DNA of 64,000 nucleotides, from contig JAQFVV010000007.1 in assembly GCA_028023455.1 (NCBI GenBank), positions 15,810,001-15,874,000 of the forward strand, written 5' to 3'. Each line of letters begins with the position of its first letter. Position 1 is the first letter of the stretch. Under the pieces are notes generated by a model that was given only the letters and a program-made list of their open reading frames with translations, was not told where the DNA came from and made no database searches. The translations under genes and the position numbers were made by a program. Positions 1-12,779 of this stretch are shown in pieces. Source of the stretch: Epiperipatus broadwayi (Eukaryota; Animalia; Onychophora).

Positions 1-759
1 TTTTTTAATCTGAGTGAAAACATTGTATTGTGCATTGGTTTTATTTTTAAGTCTTTGGACAATAATGAAAACTTCCAACTTGAGTTTACGTTTCGTTTGC
101 CTTTGTTTAACTCATTTCTGAAGCCTCCACATTAGATATTTTTTAATTAAATCAAAAAATTATTTTAAAAGATTTGTTTAGCCGCTCTTTTTTTTTTTCC
201 GAAGGAAAATCATCAGTTAGTTTGTCTTAGAAAGGAAGTGAACCAATTTGCATTCGAATGGAGGGTTCTTTTGTTTGCTTGAAATGATTGAACTAATTAA
301 CAGAAATGTTTTTGAAACATTTAAAAATATTGTTTAAACTTTACTTTCATAAGTAAAAAAAAATAAAATATTACAAATGTGTACTGTGTGTAAAATGTTT
401 GCCCTCCAGCAGAAATCAGCCATGAATATTGCACAAATTAATTTTAACAGCAGTATCACGAAACTCATAAACACGTTTAAGAATATCGTAATGTAATGTT
501 CGATTTCATTCTTAATCACTCATTTGATTAATTACCGTTAATAAAATAAAGACTTACAATTAAAGGAAAATCAATACTAATTGTAAAAAATAACAACTGA
601 GATACAAATTGTTTTATTATATTAAGATTACATTGTGTAGCAGATTATGAATCATAAATTCTCTTACATATCTTAATATAAATACTACAGATTTAAGGTT
701 TTAGAACAACAAGATAATTAATTTAAAATATTGGATACGTGAAGAGCTTTGGGGCATAG

Positions 760-832
760 TAGTTAGTACGTCGACCTACCCGCCATATCCCATTATCTGA
801 GTTTCAAATCAGGTTGAATTGTTTTTGTTTTA
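760..832 (+). mobile_element. tRNA-derived SINE head fragment
   Basis: A-box-like GGCATAGTAGTTAG and B-box-like GAGTTTCAAATC; CpG-containing; degenerate. Confidence 0.4.
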
Positions 833-871
833 AAACAGTGTTAGACTATTTTTCTATATATATTTACTTAC

Positions 872-1318
872 ATCTAAACGATATACATGAGCCACATACA
901 TGTGAAAAAAATAAATGATCTCCAATATACATATTTTATGCTGAACTAGCACTCATCAGTTGGTCCCGATAATTATCCCACACACATATTTATAATCAGT
1001 GCTCGGTTTATATTAAGATAGCAATTCTACACATTTTAATGGACATGCCTCAATCCTCTCCACTCTGAAAATCTGATGGAAGAATGGTCAAAGCTCTTAA
1101 TGATGCCAAAATTATAGTCGTACCCGTGTTGACCTTAAGTCAATCTGACCTCTCTTATGTAGGATCTTAATAAGTCCATTTAAATACACAAAAGAGTGAT
1201 GGGCAGAATACAGCTGAATATGTAATTTGGAATACAAATATAATGTATATCTTTATACCCTACATGCAATTAAAGAAGATTTGAACCCAGATTTTTAAGC
1301 TCCCTATAGTATCCATTC
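872..1318 (-). mobile_element. Family A HHR-bearing element, one circularly permuted monomer
   Basis: Aligns with 3526-3925 and 53542-54042; the segment that opens the 53542 copy (TATAATGT..GATTTGAAC..AAGCTCCC) closes this copy at ~1244-1318. Confidence 0.8.
922..963 (-). ncRNA. Minimal type-I hammerhead motif, family A (G12A variant)
   Basis: Minus strand CCAA CUGAUGA GUGCUA GUU CAGCAU AAAA UAUGUAUA UUGG; GAAA mutated to AAAA. Confidence 0.75.
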
Positions 1319-1384
1319 AATTCAAGGGTAATGCATATCTTTACCCTAGATGCAATTTTGATTATGTTCATTAAATAAATAAAT

Positions 1385-1495
1385 AATTGAATGGCTTTAT
1401 TGTTCAAGGTTCATAAGAAGTTTGAGCATCAGAAATTCCGTGACTGGAATTGATCCAAGGTTCAAGAGTCTGACCTCTACCACTATACTGAGTTA
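1385..1495 (-). mobile_element. tRNA-derived SINE-like repeat (family B)
   Basis: Minus strand GTATAGTGGTAGAGGTCAGACTCTTGAACCTTGGATCAATTCCAGT...CTTATGAACC..AATAAAGCCATTCA; related to 4058-4230, 30320-30575, 45685-45850. Confidence 0.6.
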
Positions 1496-1657
1496 CAAAG
1501 GGCAAAAATAATTAAATGACATTATTGCTTGTGTGGAAGAACTTTCCACTTGTTATTCTATTCTGCATTAATTTTTATTTATTTAAATAAATTATATATA
1601 CAACAAACCATATACAAAGAAATAAAATACGTTTGTTTGTTATTTTTTAATTTATAT

Positions 1658-1775
1658 AACTAAAATACCATATACACCTTACATAAACACTTTTCAATGC
1701 GATTTAATATAATTTATTTCTTCTCGCTTACAGTTTCAACTGTCCAGCAGTCATCATAAGAGCTACAATATTCAA
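1658..1775 (-). mobile_element. Family D PLE pseudo-LTR-like fragment with HHR motif at 1726-1764
   Basis: Reverse complement of 3935-4052; minus strand AGCU CUUAUGA U GACUG CUGGA CAGUU GAAAC U GUA AGC (core G5U). Confidence 0.75.
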
Positions 1776-2084
1776 TATAATCACACTTAATATTAATCTA
1801 TGCACACATACTTATAAACAATATAAACATAAACAATATCTATGTTATGAACTTTAAAATAGTATAACTTTTCAATGATCCCATAATGATATATCTTTAT
1901 TCATTTTTAAATAATTATTGTGCTTAGTCCGGATTATATATAAACACAAACACTTGTAAATATGTTTTATAATATATATTTATTAGTGAAATATAAATAC
2001 AACTGCACACTTATATTTACAAAGGCTATAGTCCATCTGCTACTAATGGCAAGATGTAACTCCTAGTTCTAAGGTGAACTGTGG

Positions 2085-2480
2085 AAGAGGGGACTGTAGT
2101 GCCCTTATAGATTTTCCTACCACTTATGTATCTTGGCAGCTTGCATCATAAGTAGGTACAGTAACACTTATGGATTTACTATGGCAGCTTGCCTCTTGTC
2201 AGCATTTGGTTCTAGAAGCTTCCAGTCCTGGATATAGACTTCCTTCACTGCATTAGCCATTAGCTTTGATATCTATTGTTTGGAGAGCATATACTACTGT
2301 TCAGGTTTAACTGTAGTTCTCTGCAGGATATGTAAGAAGATTGTTATTTCTGTCTTTCAGCATTGTGATAATAATTCTCTGACCCTTCCTTAAAAAAGAC
2401 AAGTTTATTGCCAGATCCCCTACCTTGATGGAAACTTTCAGATTCAGTGAGCACCATTGTCTATTGGCCAGTTCTATTAG
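2085..2480 (-). pseudogene. Possible DIRS-type tyrosine recombinase fragment
   Basis: GC-richer block; broken minus-strand translation LSKQ*ISKLMANAVKEVY...PNADKRQAA...MQAAK..W....GHY resembles the YR C-terminus (SKQTIS, AHxxR, HY). Confidence 0.45.
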
Positions 2481-2579
2481 CCATTATGTCTATGTACACA
2501 ATAAGTAAAAGCAAAGAATGCCCAATCTGATCTAAATAAAATGAATCTGAACTAGTCCATTATTTGAAGGTAAGGTGAG

Positions 2580-3500
2580 ATTATTTATGACATTAATATT
2601 TCTTTTTGTTTTAATCTTAATTGATTTCCTTTTTGATTACTTTTTAAATTTTTTAATAATTTATTGCTATCATTTTAATAATAATAACTACACAATATTT
2701 TTTATATAATTCTGATTTATTAATTTATCCTTTTTCTTAAATAACTTTACTTTTTTTACACTCTTACCAATTTCTAAACAAGTTTTAACTGAAACAAGTT
2801 TAAATTTTCTTACATTATCATCCTGACTTTCTTCCTGAACATATTTTAAAACTACATCTATTTTTTTATTAACTTGTATAATATTTATTTAATTAACAAA
2901 GAATATTTTTATAAAATTAATGTATTTAAACCTATATCTTTATTTAAAGATGGTCTTATATATTTTTAATTCATATAGTTTCTTTTATTTTTCTATCTCT
3001 TTTATTATTATTATAATTAATCTTTTTTTATATTATCTTCTTCCAATTGATGTCTTGTCTCCAATGAATGTAAATAAATAGGTGATCTTTTATCCTATTT
3101 GTGTTCTGTTAATCTTGTATAAATTGAAATCTTTGTTTCACCTACATGATTTTAATATTGTTAGTTTGACATGATTTACACTCAATTTTATATATTCTAT
3201 TTATACAATTTTTTACATATTTATTAACAAATATATTAAGTAAATTATTTCTTTTTTTATTTATTACCTTAAATTTTATCACATTATTAAATCTTTTCAT
3301 TAATATTTGATTTGATTTGATTTATATTTTTTTAATATTATTGTTGTAAGTTTTTGTACCAATATATTTATCTTTGTTGCATTTGTCTTTTTAAGGATTA
3401 TTTTCTTTGTTATCATTAAATTTTTCTCTTCTCGTAATTTTATATTAACTTCTATAACTTTAATTGGATAATCATTAAATTTAAATTCTTTAATTATTAA
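2580..3500 (-). pseudogene. Decayed Penelope-like element (RT thumb plus GIY-YIG endonuclease)
   Basis: Minus strand ELIIKEFKFNDYPIKVI, then RIYKIECKSC (3164-3197), VGETK (3131-3145), TRLTEHK, SPIYLHSLETRH; stops and frameshifts. Confidence 0.8.
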
Positions 3501-3525
3501 TTCTACTTGCTTATTATGTATAAAT

Positions 3526-3925
3526 ATATGGGATTTGAACTCAGACTTTCAAGTACCCATCAACTATCCACACTATCTCATACTACCAATACATATGACA
3601 ACACACATGTAGAAAAGATAAATAATCACCAATAAACATTTTGTGGTACACCAGCACTCATCAGTTGGTCCAGATTATCATCTCCCACACACACATATAC
3701 AATCAGTGTTCAGTTTATATTAAGATAGCAAATCTTCATACTTTAATAGACAGGCTTCAATCTACTCCAACCTCTAACTAACTCTTCAGCCATCCATAAC
3801 ACTGAAAATATGATGATTAAAAGCCCGAATCCCATGCTGATGCCAATATTATTGCTCAAGTCACTCTGACCCCTCATGTATAAAACCATATTCACTTAAA
3901 TACACAGAAGAGGGATGTGCAATAA
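3526..3925 (-). mobile_element. Family A element, partial, degenerate HHR at 3629-3668
   Basis: Aligns with the other family A copies; CCAA CUGAUGA GUGCUG retained, helix II 3' side and GAAA decayed. Confidence 0.8.
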
Positions 3926-3934
3926 ATAAATTTG

Positions 3935-4052
3935 AATATTTTAGCTCTGATGATGACTGCTGAACCATTGAACTGTAAGCAAGGAGAAATAAATTCTATT
4001 ATATTAAATTGCATTGAAAAGTATTTATGTAAGATGTATATGGTATTTTATT
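3935..4052 (+). mobile_element. Family D fragment, degenerate HHR at 3943-3980
   Basis: AGCT CTGATGAT GACTGCTGAACCATT GAAC T GTA AGC; inverse copy of 1658-1775. Confidence 0.7.
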
Positions 4053-4057
4053 TAAGA

Positions 4058-4230
4058 TCATAAATTTGAGCACCAGAAATGCCTAAACTGGAATTGATTC
4101 GAGGATTTTAAATTCCAGAATCTGACAATATAGGGCAAAAGCAACTCAATGGCCTTATTTCTCAGGAGTTGATAAGAAGTTTGAATGTCAGAAAATACCA
4201 GAACTGGTTTTGATCTGAGTACTTCGTTGG
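4058..4230 (-). mobile_element. Two tandem family B SINE-like fragments
   Basis: Each similar to 1385-1495 (CATAAGAAGTTTGAGCATCAGAAA...ACTGGAATTGATC). Confidence 0.6.
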
Positions 4231-4682
4231 CTGGAAAACAAGTTGTCAGCATTCAATAGTCATCTTGTGATAATATGTATTAAACAATAAATGCTTCACC
4301 ATTATTGCATAACAAGTAACTTATCTCATTGAAACTTGATTATTCACCTTGCTGAGTTTGCTATAATAATAGAGAGGCAGATGCTAGAGTTGAAGGGCAT
4401 CATGAACTGCATTTATCACTTCCACTGCTCTGACTTCTTTTGAACTTTCAAGCAATAAACAAATTGATTAATTATATATTTACTTGATGTCACCAATGGT
4501 AGTTTTGTATAACTTTTTTTTCATCTGTAATAAAAATTATTATAGCATCAACCATGCTTAAAGCATTGATCATTATATATATATATATTGCTTAGAATTA
4601 AAGATTTTAGCATGTAATTAATATTTTTGTTGCTTCTATTAGTAGTATTGATTTATGTTTTGTTTGTTCTTTTTTTTTTCAG

Positions 4683-5343
4683 TGGATTGAAGAAAGCTTC
4701 ACCAATTTTGACCAGGGCATCAATTGGAGAAGTTACGTTGTATGTGATGTTCATCAAGAAAATTTAAGCAATTTTCTTTGGACTCCATTTATCGAGCGAG
4801 GAAATGCTAAGCGAATTTACATTGAAGTTAAATTTAGTATGCGGGATTGTTCTTTGTACCCGGGCACTGCATTAACGTGCAAAGAAACATTTTCTTTACT
4901 ATATCGCGAATTTGATGCAGCTACCAAGGAACGACCACCATGGACTGTTGAATCTTACACATTGATTGATCGAATTGCTGCAGATGAAGGTCGTTTTTCC
5001 AATCACGATCAATCAATTGTTAATGTTGAGGTTCGCAGTATTTCAGTTACAAAAAAAGGCATTTATATTGCCTTTAGGGATCAAGGCGCTTGCATTTCTT
5101 TGTTAGCTGTTAAAGTATACTATATAACCTGCCCTAATGTTACCATTAATTTTGCATTTTTTTCTGAAACACCTACTGGGCATGAAATTACCGCTATTGA
5201 GCAAACTTATGGCCAGTGTGTTCCTAATTCTGTACAGGACCAACCCCCAAAATATCTGTGTAAAGGTGATGGCTCATGGTCTCTTTTAACTGGTGGATGC
5301 CAATGTATAGCAGGTTATGAGCCTGTTGGACAGTCATGTAAAG
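4683..5343 (+). CDS. Eph: Eph receptor tyrosine kinase, internal exon (ephrin-binding domain and Cys-rich/sushi region)
   Basis: Polypyrimidine tract plus AG at 4681-4682, open frame WIEESFTNFDQGINWRSYVVCDV...IYIEVKFSMRDC...CKETFSLLY...IDRIAADEGRF...AFRDQGACISLLAVKVYY..CP...GQCVPNS...CKGDGSW....GCQCIAGYEP, GT donor at 5344 (phase 0 start, phase 1 end, as in the large Eph ectodomain exon). Confidence 0.97.
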
Positions 5344-8300
5344 GTAATTTTTTATTGGTATTATACTTATTATTATTGATGTAAGATAAAAATATGAAGG
5401 GATGTCAGCTGTAATCATTGTGTGCACTAAATTTTAATATGATTGTGATTTTACAATAACAAATTGATATTCTGCAATATATGCATTTTAAGAATAATTT
5501 CTGTCTTGAATCACTACTAACAATTCATGTATTATATAACTGCTGCCAGTCTTATGTTAATGCTGCCACTAGTTATTTATTATAAATTAAGCTTGTTTCA
5601 ACATGGCTATAAGCAACTGTAGTGAAAAATATTTGTATATTGGCAACGAATAATTCACTATTTCAATATTAACGTAAGTTCAGCTGTTGTTTATTAGATT
5701 GATGGCATCATTGCAAGGAAGCTGATAAAGGAAGCTATTTTTGAAATTCATGTGCCATGTAAAGAGATTTGTCAATTTTTTAATGAATACAGCTTCATAG
5801 TAAAAAAAATCAATTTTTATGAAAAACATATATAATTGATTATTAATTTAATAATTATTAATACTGTATTTTTATGTGGTGGATATATTAAACTCATTAC
5901 AAATTTCCATCAATATTAGCAAGGGAAGCTTATATAAGCATCAAAAACTTAAAGAATGTAATCTTGATTGTATTCTCGATCCTTGCTAAGCATTATTATT
6001 TATTCATAGTCTGAAATAGATTGGTGTGTTCACTTTAATTTTATGAACACACACACAACATAATAAAGTACATATGTAAAATTGCATGCATGAGTATGTG
6101 TAGATATGTACCCACTTATACAATATATTCATGAGCTTAAGTTTGTATTCAAATTAATTATAAAATATTTGAATTATACCATAGCTATATTATTCCAGCC
6201 CTATTCCCCTTTTAAATAAAGAAACAGCTCAAAATTTTGTAGTCCACTGAAAAGGATTCAAAACTATTTATTTATTCAAAGGGGAAGCGTGGCTAGAATA
6301 ATATAGCTATAGGGCAATTTAAATATTTTGTATAGATGTCAGCTACCGTTATGCAGTGGTTCTATTTTTTAAGTTGGTTATATATGTTATCAAATATATG
6401 TTTATATAATATGTATATGAATTTTATGTGTAAGAAGATAATATGTTTAAATATAAGGCAAATACACAAAACATTTTTATATCTTTGATCATAAATATCA
6501 AATTTATAATTATTTTTTATAATTTTTATCGTAGAAAAATAAATATCAAATTTATTTGAAGATTATTTCCTAGACAAATTTCAAAGGTTTTATCCATTGG
6601 ACAGAAAATTTAAATATTCATTATGAGCAATGTTAGTCATATGCAAAATACTTGCCATTTACAATCCAGAATTCATAGTTTTGACTATGATTCCATGTTT
6701 CATGATATGTTTTATATTTTGTGTGTTTCTATTTATGGTCTTAAACTCTGAAAAGAATTAATTCATTGCATTACATTTTCTCCTGTAGATTTTGTTTTTA
6801 TTAATGCTACTTTTTTATTTTATGTGTGATCAATTCATGTGTGTATTCTTAATGTCTTTTCTTTTATTAGTTTAAGGATTATATTATAACTGTAGCATGT
6901 AACTATTTATTATGTATATATATATAAATCTTATGATTTTATTTTTATTACATACTATAATTGATTGGATGAGTTTATATATTTTTCCCTCTCTACAATA
7001 TAAATTAGCAATGAAATACATATATAGACTGGAATAAAAAATATCATTTCCATAGTTATGACTTCATGCATAACCTACAATTTATGATAGCTAATGGCAA
7101 CAAAGTAAACCATGGGATCTCAAAAGATTTATATTGGTTAGTAGAAAGGAGCTCTAGATCTTTGGTATTATTTCCATAAGTATTCATAGAGAAGTTCATT
7201 AATGAAATGTTTTGTCTTTGGAAATCAATTGACATAATAAAGTTTTGTATCGCAACAAACTATATACATAATTAGCTTGGAGTAAAAATTCAGTTCTACA
7301 ATCAGGACTTTATGCATTACTTATAATTTATAATGATTTATATGATTTATAGTCTAGTCCTTGAGTCCTTAAATATTTATAATAGTTGTTAGAAAGAAAC
7401 TTAATTTTTTTTTAATAACATTTGTATCAGTATTCATAAAAGTGAATCAGTGAAAAAATTTGACCTTGAAAATCAGTTGGCCTTTTCCAAAACTAAGTGA
7501 CTTTTGGGAATATTACAGTCACCTCATACTTTCTTGCAGAGAATAATGTTTGATGTAATTTTTTATTCAGAAAATTTTTCTGAAGTCGAAAAGTTGTGGT
7601 GGTGGTAGGGGGGAGACGACTTCATAAATCATAAAAATTTTTAACTTGAGTTCATATAACTTATGCCATATTGAAGAATGATCTTTCAAAATCATAAGGA
7701 AAATGATTTTTGGAAAAATCTTATATATGAATTTACTTCCTGTTAAAATTGATGGTTATATTGTATTAACCGTCATTATTAAGCTAACTTTTATGCTTCT
7801 CCATAGTCTTATGGTTTGAATACTTGGTCAGCAAATATAGTTGGAGTAATTTCTACCTAGATAACTATTATTTCCAAATACATGAATTTATTTAATCAGA
7901 TAATATGGTTTGGTCAGTTTGATATGAACATATGAAAATGTAGTTATTGATATATTCAAATACTTATGACATTAATATGTTACCTGAAGGCTTAGAGTCT
8001 ACTAGTTCTTGTTAATTTTAAGTTACTATTTTCTATTCTCTCTTTCATAAATATTTTTGATTATTTCTGCAGTTATAAGACATGTTCATCTATACTGTGG
8101 ATCATGAAATGCTTTTCTTTCATAGAACATTAGATAACGTTCTATCTGTAATAAATGGTTAATATTAAAATAGATACTTAACATTTTAAAAGGGCACAAA
8201 ACTATGTGCTAAAAAAGATATTTTATGTTATATATATATATATAGCTGTTGTTATATGGTATTTTTCTTATTTATTATAATTTTTTTCAGTATAGCATTT

Positions 8301-8639
8301 ATAATTTGTTTTTTTTTAGGTGTTTAGATGATATCTGTAGGGTTTGGATTGTAAATGTGAAAATAAATTTTTTCTTTACTTTAGTGTTTATTTCCTTATT
8401 TGTCTTGGTTATAGAAGTGCATATAGATATACTAAAGCAATAATGTGTTAATGTGGTATAAATTATAGGGAGCGATTTGTTTTTTTAAAAAATATGACAT
8501 GCATCATATTTTATTATTGCAAATTGTTGATGGATAATTTAAATAACGTACAATTTATAAATGTTACTCCTAGGGATAATAAAGATGGCATCCCTTATAA
8601 TAGGGTTGAATTTTTTTTTATATAAATTATGTGCTTTCG

Positions 8640-8860
8640 TATCCCCAGTATTATTATTATATACTGCGGAAACAAGCCAGTTTTAAGTTTTGCACTACAT
8701 CTCATATAAAATTTCTCGGATGTTACAGTGCCATTGCTTGTCCAAGATGTGCACATACAAGCTCATGTCCATTCGGAAACACTTTTACTGATGACAGGAT
8801 GGCTTGTTGTTGGAAATAGAGCACTGCATCTATTTCTGTACTCGGTAATTTTCAAATATT
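8640..8860 (-). pseudogene. MULE (Mutator-like) transposase fragment
   Basis: Minus strand EIDAVLYFQQQAILSSVKVFPNGHELVCAHLGQAM resembles DFExA..A..VFP.....C.FHLxQA. Confidence 0.5.
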
Positions 8861-9290
8861 CATCATTTTCAACGATACAAATTTTTTAATATGCAATGAA
8901 AATCACAATGCAAAAAAAAGCTCATCAGAAAGAAATCTAGACAATAACGGAAAATGTAGAAGTATTGCAAAAATAAAAAAATTGAGTTGTTAAGAAAAAA
9001 CATGTATTGCAGGAATTATTTTGTTTCAATTTGATCATCACGTCATTATACATTTATTGTGGGTGTGAAAAGGCCTCCTATCTCCCCTAGGCTACGTCGC
9101 AGCTCTAATACCAAAGTACTGCCATACCTAACTGAACCGTAATTTATATTAAGAACATTTTATGCAAAGAAAGTAATTCTCTCTTTATATTTAATAATTC
9201 GTAATTTTTTATTATGAAGCGTATTTTATGTAAAGGAAGTAATTCCGCCATTAACAAAAAATGCTAAGAGTAAAAATCATTACATGTGCT

Positions 9291-9420
9291 TTTAGCTACA
9301 GTACAGAACTGAATAAGTATAGTATTTAAATCATGAAGAAAATGTGATTACAGTACATAAATTCCTGTTTGAAATGTGATATTTAGTGAGGGGAAAAAAT
9401 AGATGCTATAGTACCGTATT
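9291..9420. repeat. Dispersed repeat (family E), second copy at 50048-50175
   Basis: GTACAGAACTGAAT..GTATAGTATTTAAATCA..AAGAAAATGTGATTA.AGTACATAAATTC shared; ends near TACCG, possibly a DNA-transposon terminus. Confidence 0.75.
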
Positions 9421-9451
9421 TACATTTAGTTTGGGTTAGCATAATTGAAAT

Positions 9452-9600
9452 ATATAGGGTATATGAGCACAGACTCACATGACCCACCACTCTCCACTCT
9501 ATCTCATAACACTGATACACTTAAACACATTTATGATGAAAAGATAAATTGAAATAGTGTAGTTAGATATTCCATGACATAATGGTGTTAAATCCACATA
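9452..9600. mobile_element. Degenerate family A fold-back remnant
   Basis: CCACTCTATCTCATAAC..GATACAC..GAAAAGATAAAT followed by an inverted end GTTAAATCCACATA. Confidence 0.5.
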
Positions 9601-9756
9601 TCATATATAACGGGTATATTTTAAATTTTTAATTTAGAGATTTATTTTGGTTAGAGCATTTTATTCAAAACGAGTAATTCTGCAAAGCAAAACAAAAATA
9701 GTCCAAGCAATCAATTAAAAAAAGATGGCCGTTACATAGGCCAGGTACATCTTGTA

Positions 9757-9905
9757 TTTTAATAATTTAGTTTTTAAAGTTTTTGATGTTAATGTATTAT
9801 TATTGTCTGATGTACTTCTAAATAATACTATTATGGTAAATAAGAACTTCATATTTTAATAATTTAATTTTTAAAGTTGTTGATGTTAATGTATTATTAT
9901 TGTCT
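9757..9905. repeat. Direct repeat of ~50 bp, period ~97 bp
   Basis: TTTTAATAATTTA.TTTTTAAAGTT.TTGATGTTAATGTATTATTATTGTCT twice. Confidence 0.85.
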
Positions 9906-11235
9906 CATAATTCTGATTAATACTGTTATCAAAGTATATATGATTACTTATATATCTTAAAATAATATGAACATGTTTAATGTAGTCAAACTGTATGATT
10001 AGATTAAATGACAATAATATAAGCTATGTTCTAGGGATGGTTAAAAAAATATAACAACATTGCATATTGTTTACTTACACAATTAGAAATAAAAAATTCA
10101 ATTGGCTTAATAGCATCATGTGATCTAGAGATTAAAAGCCTTGCATTTGATAACATAATTTATATATATTCACAGTTGAAGAAAATACTAATAGAATATT
10201 CTTTGAGAAAGAATTGATAATATTAAATACAATTTTAGTATAGTTTTAGTGTTGATTACTTGTATCAGAGATTACCATTATATCAAATGGAAATATAAAA
10301 TTATGCATTTACTTATGTATGTTGTATAATGAATATCTAAATGAATAAATTTATTGTTCTGTTGTTGTTTTTTTTTTTTTTTTAATATGATAACTTTTGA
10401 CAAGGATGTCCAGCATTAAAAATATATTAAGATTGTATTTAATAAATTTTCAATGTTTTCTCCCAAGTATGTAGTATTGGTGTTGATTTAAGTTATTATA
10501 TTTCATTGATGGAGTACATCATAATTATGGATTATATTGTATTTAAATATAAAAGTTATTATGGCAAATTAATAATTTTGCATTTATACACAAAATAAAT
10601 GGGTAAAGTAATAAGATATTCATATTAATCTGGTGTTAGGAGTCATCATTTAAATCAAAGACTGCATATTTTCTGTTCTAAATATACATTGTATAACATT
10701 CTTTGAAGAACTTTGAGCCAATTTTATTGGGGGTAAATACCTTAAGCTTTGAGAAGCGTTATAGGGAATATATTGATCTCTTTTTCATTTAAATATGTGT
10801 GTTGTACTGAAACCTGGAGATTGAAGAAGCATATATAATATTGTATTTAATTAAATTGAAGGATAATCGACTTAAAAAAATTGTCAATATTGTCTTAAAT
10901 TCCCAAAATGTTCAAATAGCCCTATATCCAGATATGAAATCTTTACTATAAGATGATCTTAATTCTCAAAATATTCAAATAGCCTCAAGAGTAATACATG
11001 TGGTCAAAGTATTTATGATGTTCTCTTTATTACTATTTTTGCAGCTAGTTTGATTAATAATGGTTTGATCACCCCCTCACCCCATTACAGTGTTGATCTA
11101 ATCACATAACAATAATATCTTTTATTATTACAATTAGCACTTTGATTCTCACATGTCCAATCTAGATTATCATTGCATTGCATTTAGTAGCAATACATCC
11201 ATTTACCAATCAACCATTATTGAATAAATGTCGGA

Positions 11236-11378
11236 AAAAGTGTAAAAGATGATTTATCTGATCATTCAATATCTGTCCAGTCATCCCATATTTTAGTTTT
11301 TAAACCGAAAGTGTAAAAGATGATTTATCTGATTATTCTATATCTGTTCAGTCATCCCATGTTTTAGTTTTTAAACTG
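11236..11378. repeat. Tandem duplication, ~70 bp x2
   Basis: AAAGTGTAAAAGATGATTTATCTGAT.ATTC.ATATCTGT.CAGTCATCCCAT.TTTTAGTTTTTAAAC twice. Confidence 0.9.
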
Positions 11379-12779
11379 ATTATACCACAACTTTTATGTC
11401 ATAATATTTTCACGGTGATTTACCTGGTGTCCATTGATACTTTTTGAGTAAGTACTGATTTCAGATCATAGACATATTTTTTTCGTCTGAGTGTCAATTT
11501 TGAAATGTTAAAAAGAATCAGAAATTTTTGCAGCCAAATTTAAACCCACTGCACCAAACAAAGCTGTAACCAATCAAACAAGAACTCAAGGCAAATTCTT
11601 CTCACAATCCCTTATTTTGAAGTTGACGTTTATTTTTTTTTTTTTTTATAATCTTCGTGTATCTTTATCTATAAACCAAAAAATTAAAAATAATGAAATA
11701 TCTAAAGAAGGCTGAATGCCGGAAGTAAGATAGCTAAGCGCCATCCAATTCCTGAGTTTGTTATTCAATAACTACATCAAGCTACGCGGGGCAAAACAGA
11801 ATAAAAACACGTCGCATCGGAATGTATTTTCCATTTTATACTTCATGATGTTACATTCACTATTACGCCCAACCTCTGTATTTTTACGTAGAGAATATAA
11901 ATAAATATTTATTTATTTATTCGCATGTAGATAAACAAGAATAGACTGTCAGTAATTGTCGCTCTTTATACAATAATAGAAAGTCTTTATATCGTCTCCT
12001 ATGTTTACCTTCCTCATTTTTATGATAATTTCTCCAATTCGTAATTAATCATTTTCATTTGTAAAATTCCAAAGAGTTTTTTTTTTTTTGTCCCAGTTTT
12101 TCTTAATTTAATAAAGTTAGAATCCAAGAATCTTTTTTCTCTCTCTGAAAGTCAATATTATTTTTTCTTTTAATGCTACTTTCTGTTAATACTGAATTTA
12201 TTTCGCTCACCCCCCCCCTCCTCCCATCCCATTTTTTAATAAAATCTAGTTGATTTTATTTTCAAATTTCTTTTTAATTAATTGATCAGATTTATGTTTA
12301 TGTTCGGAGAGAGCAAAAAAACCTTCAATATCTCATGGAATAATTAAAATATATTGAATATTTTATTAGAAGGATTTTTTCTTCAAATTCTTTTAAATTA
12401 ATTTATCTTGGTAGAAAATCATAAATATTTTTTGAGTATATACCGCAGCGGATGACAAGACGCACCCCCTCCTTCCATTTTTATTCGTATTTTAAAGAAA
12501 AAATAATAACTTTCTACATTTTTTCATGAATTTCCATAACTATTTACTGTACTAATTTTATATATCTACAAAACATATAACTAGAGAACACTGTATAAGG
12601 TACTTTTAATCTTCATCCTTAAAACCCAAAAAATTCATTTCCAGATCTAAACATTTTGAAGATTATATCTTTTCTATATGTTATTTACTTTGTGGGTAGA
12701 TTTATATTTTTGAGATAACTTTTTTAATATATATTTTAACCATTTAATTTTTAAATATTGATATGATTATGAGAGTATA

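Noticed and set aside
2780-2835. HHR downstream of the first PLE remnant
   Set aside because: Needs several core changes (AGGAUGA, UAAAC); too degenerate to call
5344-5384. C-terminal tail GNFLLVLYLLLLM of the listed 181-aa ORF as a transmembrane or GPI signal
   Set aside because: It is read-through past the GT donor at 5344 into AT-rich intron
5590-5780. Additional GIY-YIG fragment (YIG / RKLIKEA-like)
   Set aside because: Motifs are in different frames and too short
8775-8825. CTGATGA...GAAA as a hammerhead
   Set aside because: No convincing helix II or helix I; lies in a MULE-like coding scrap
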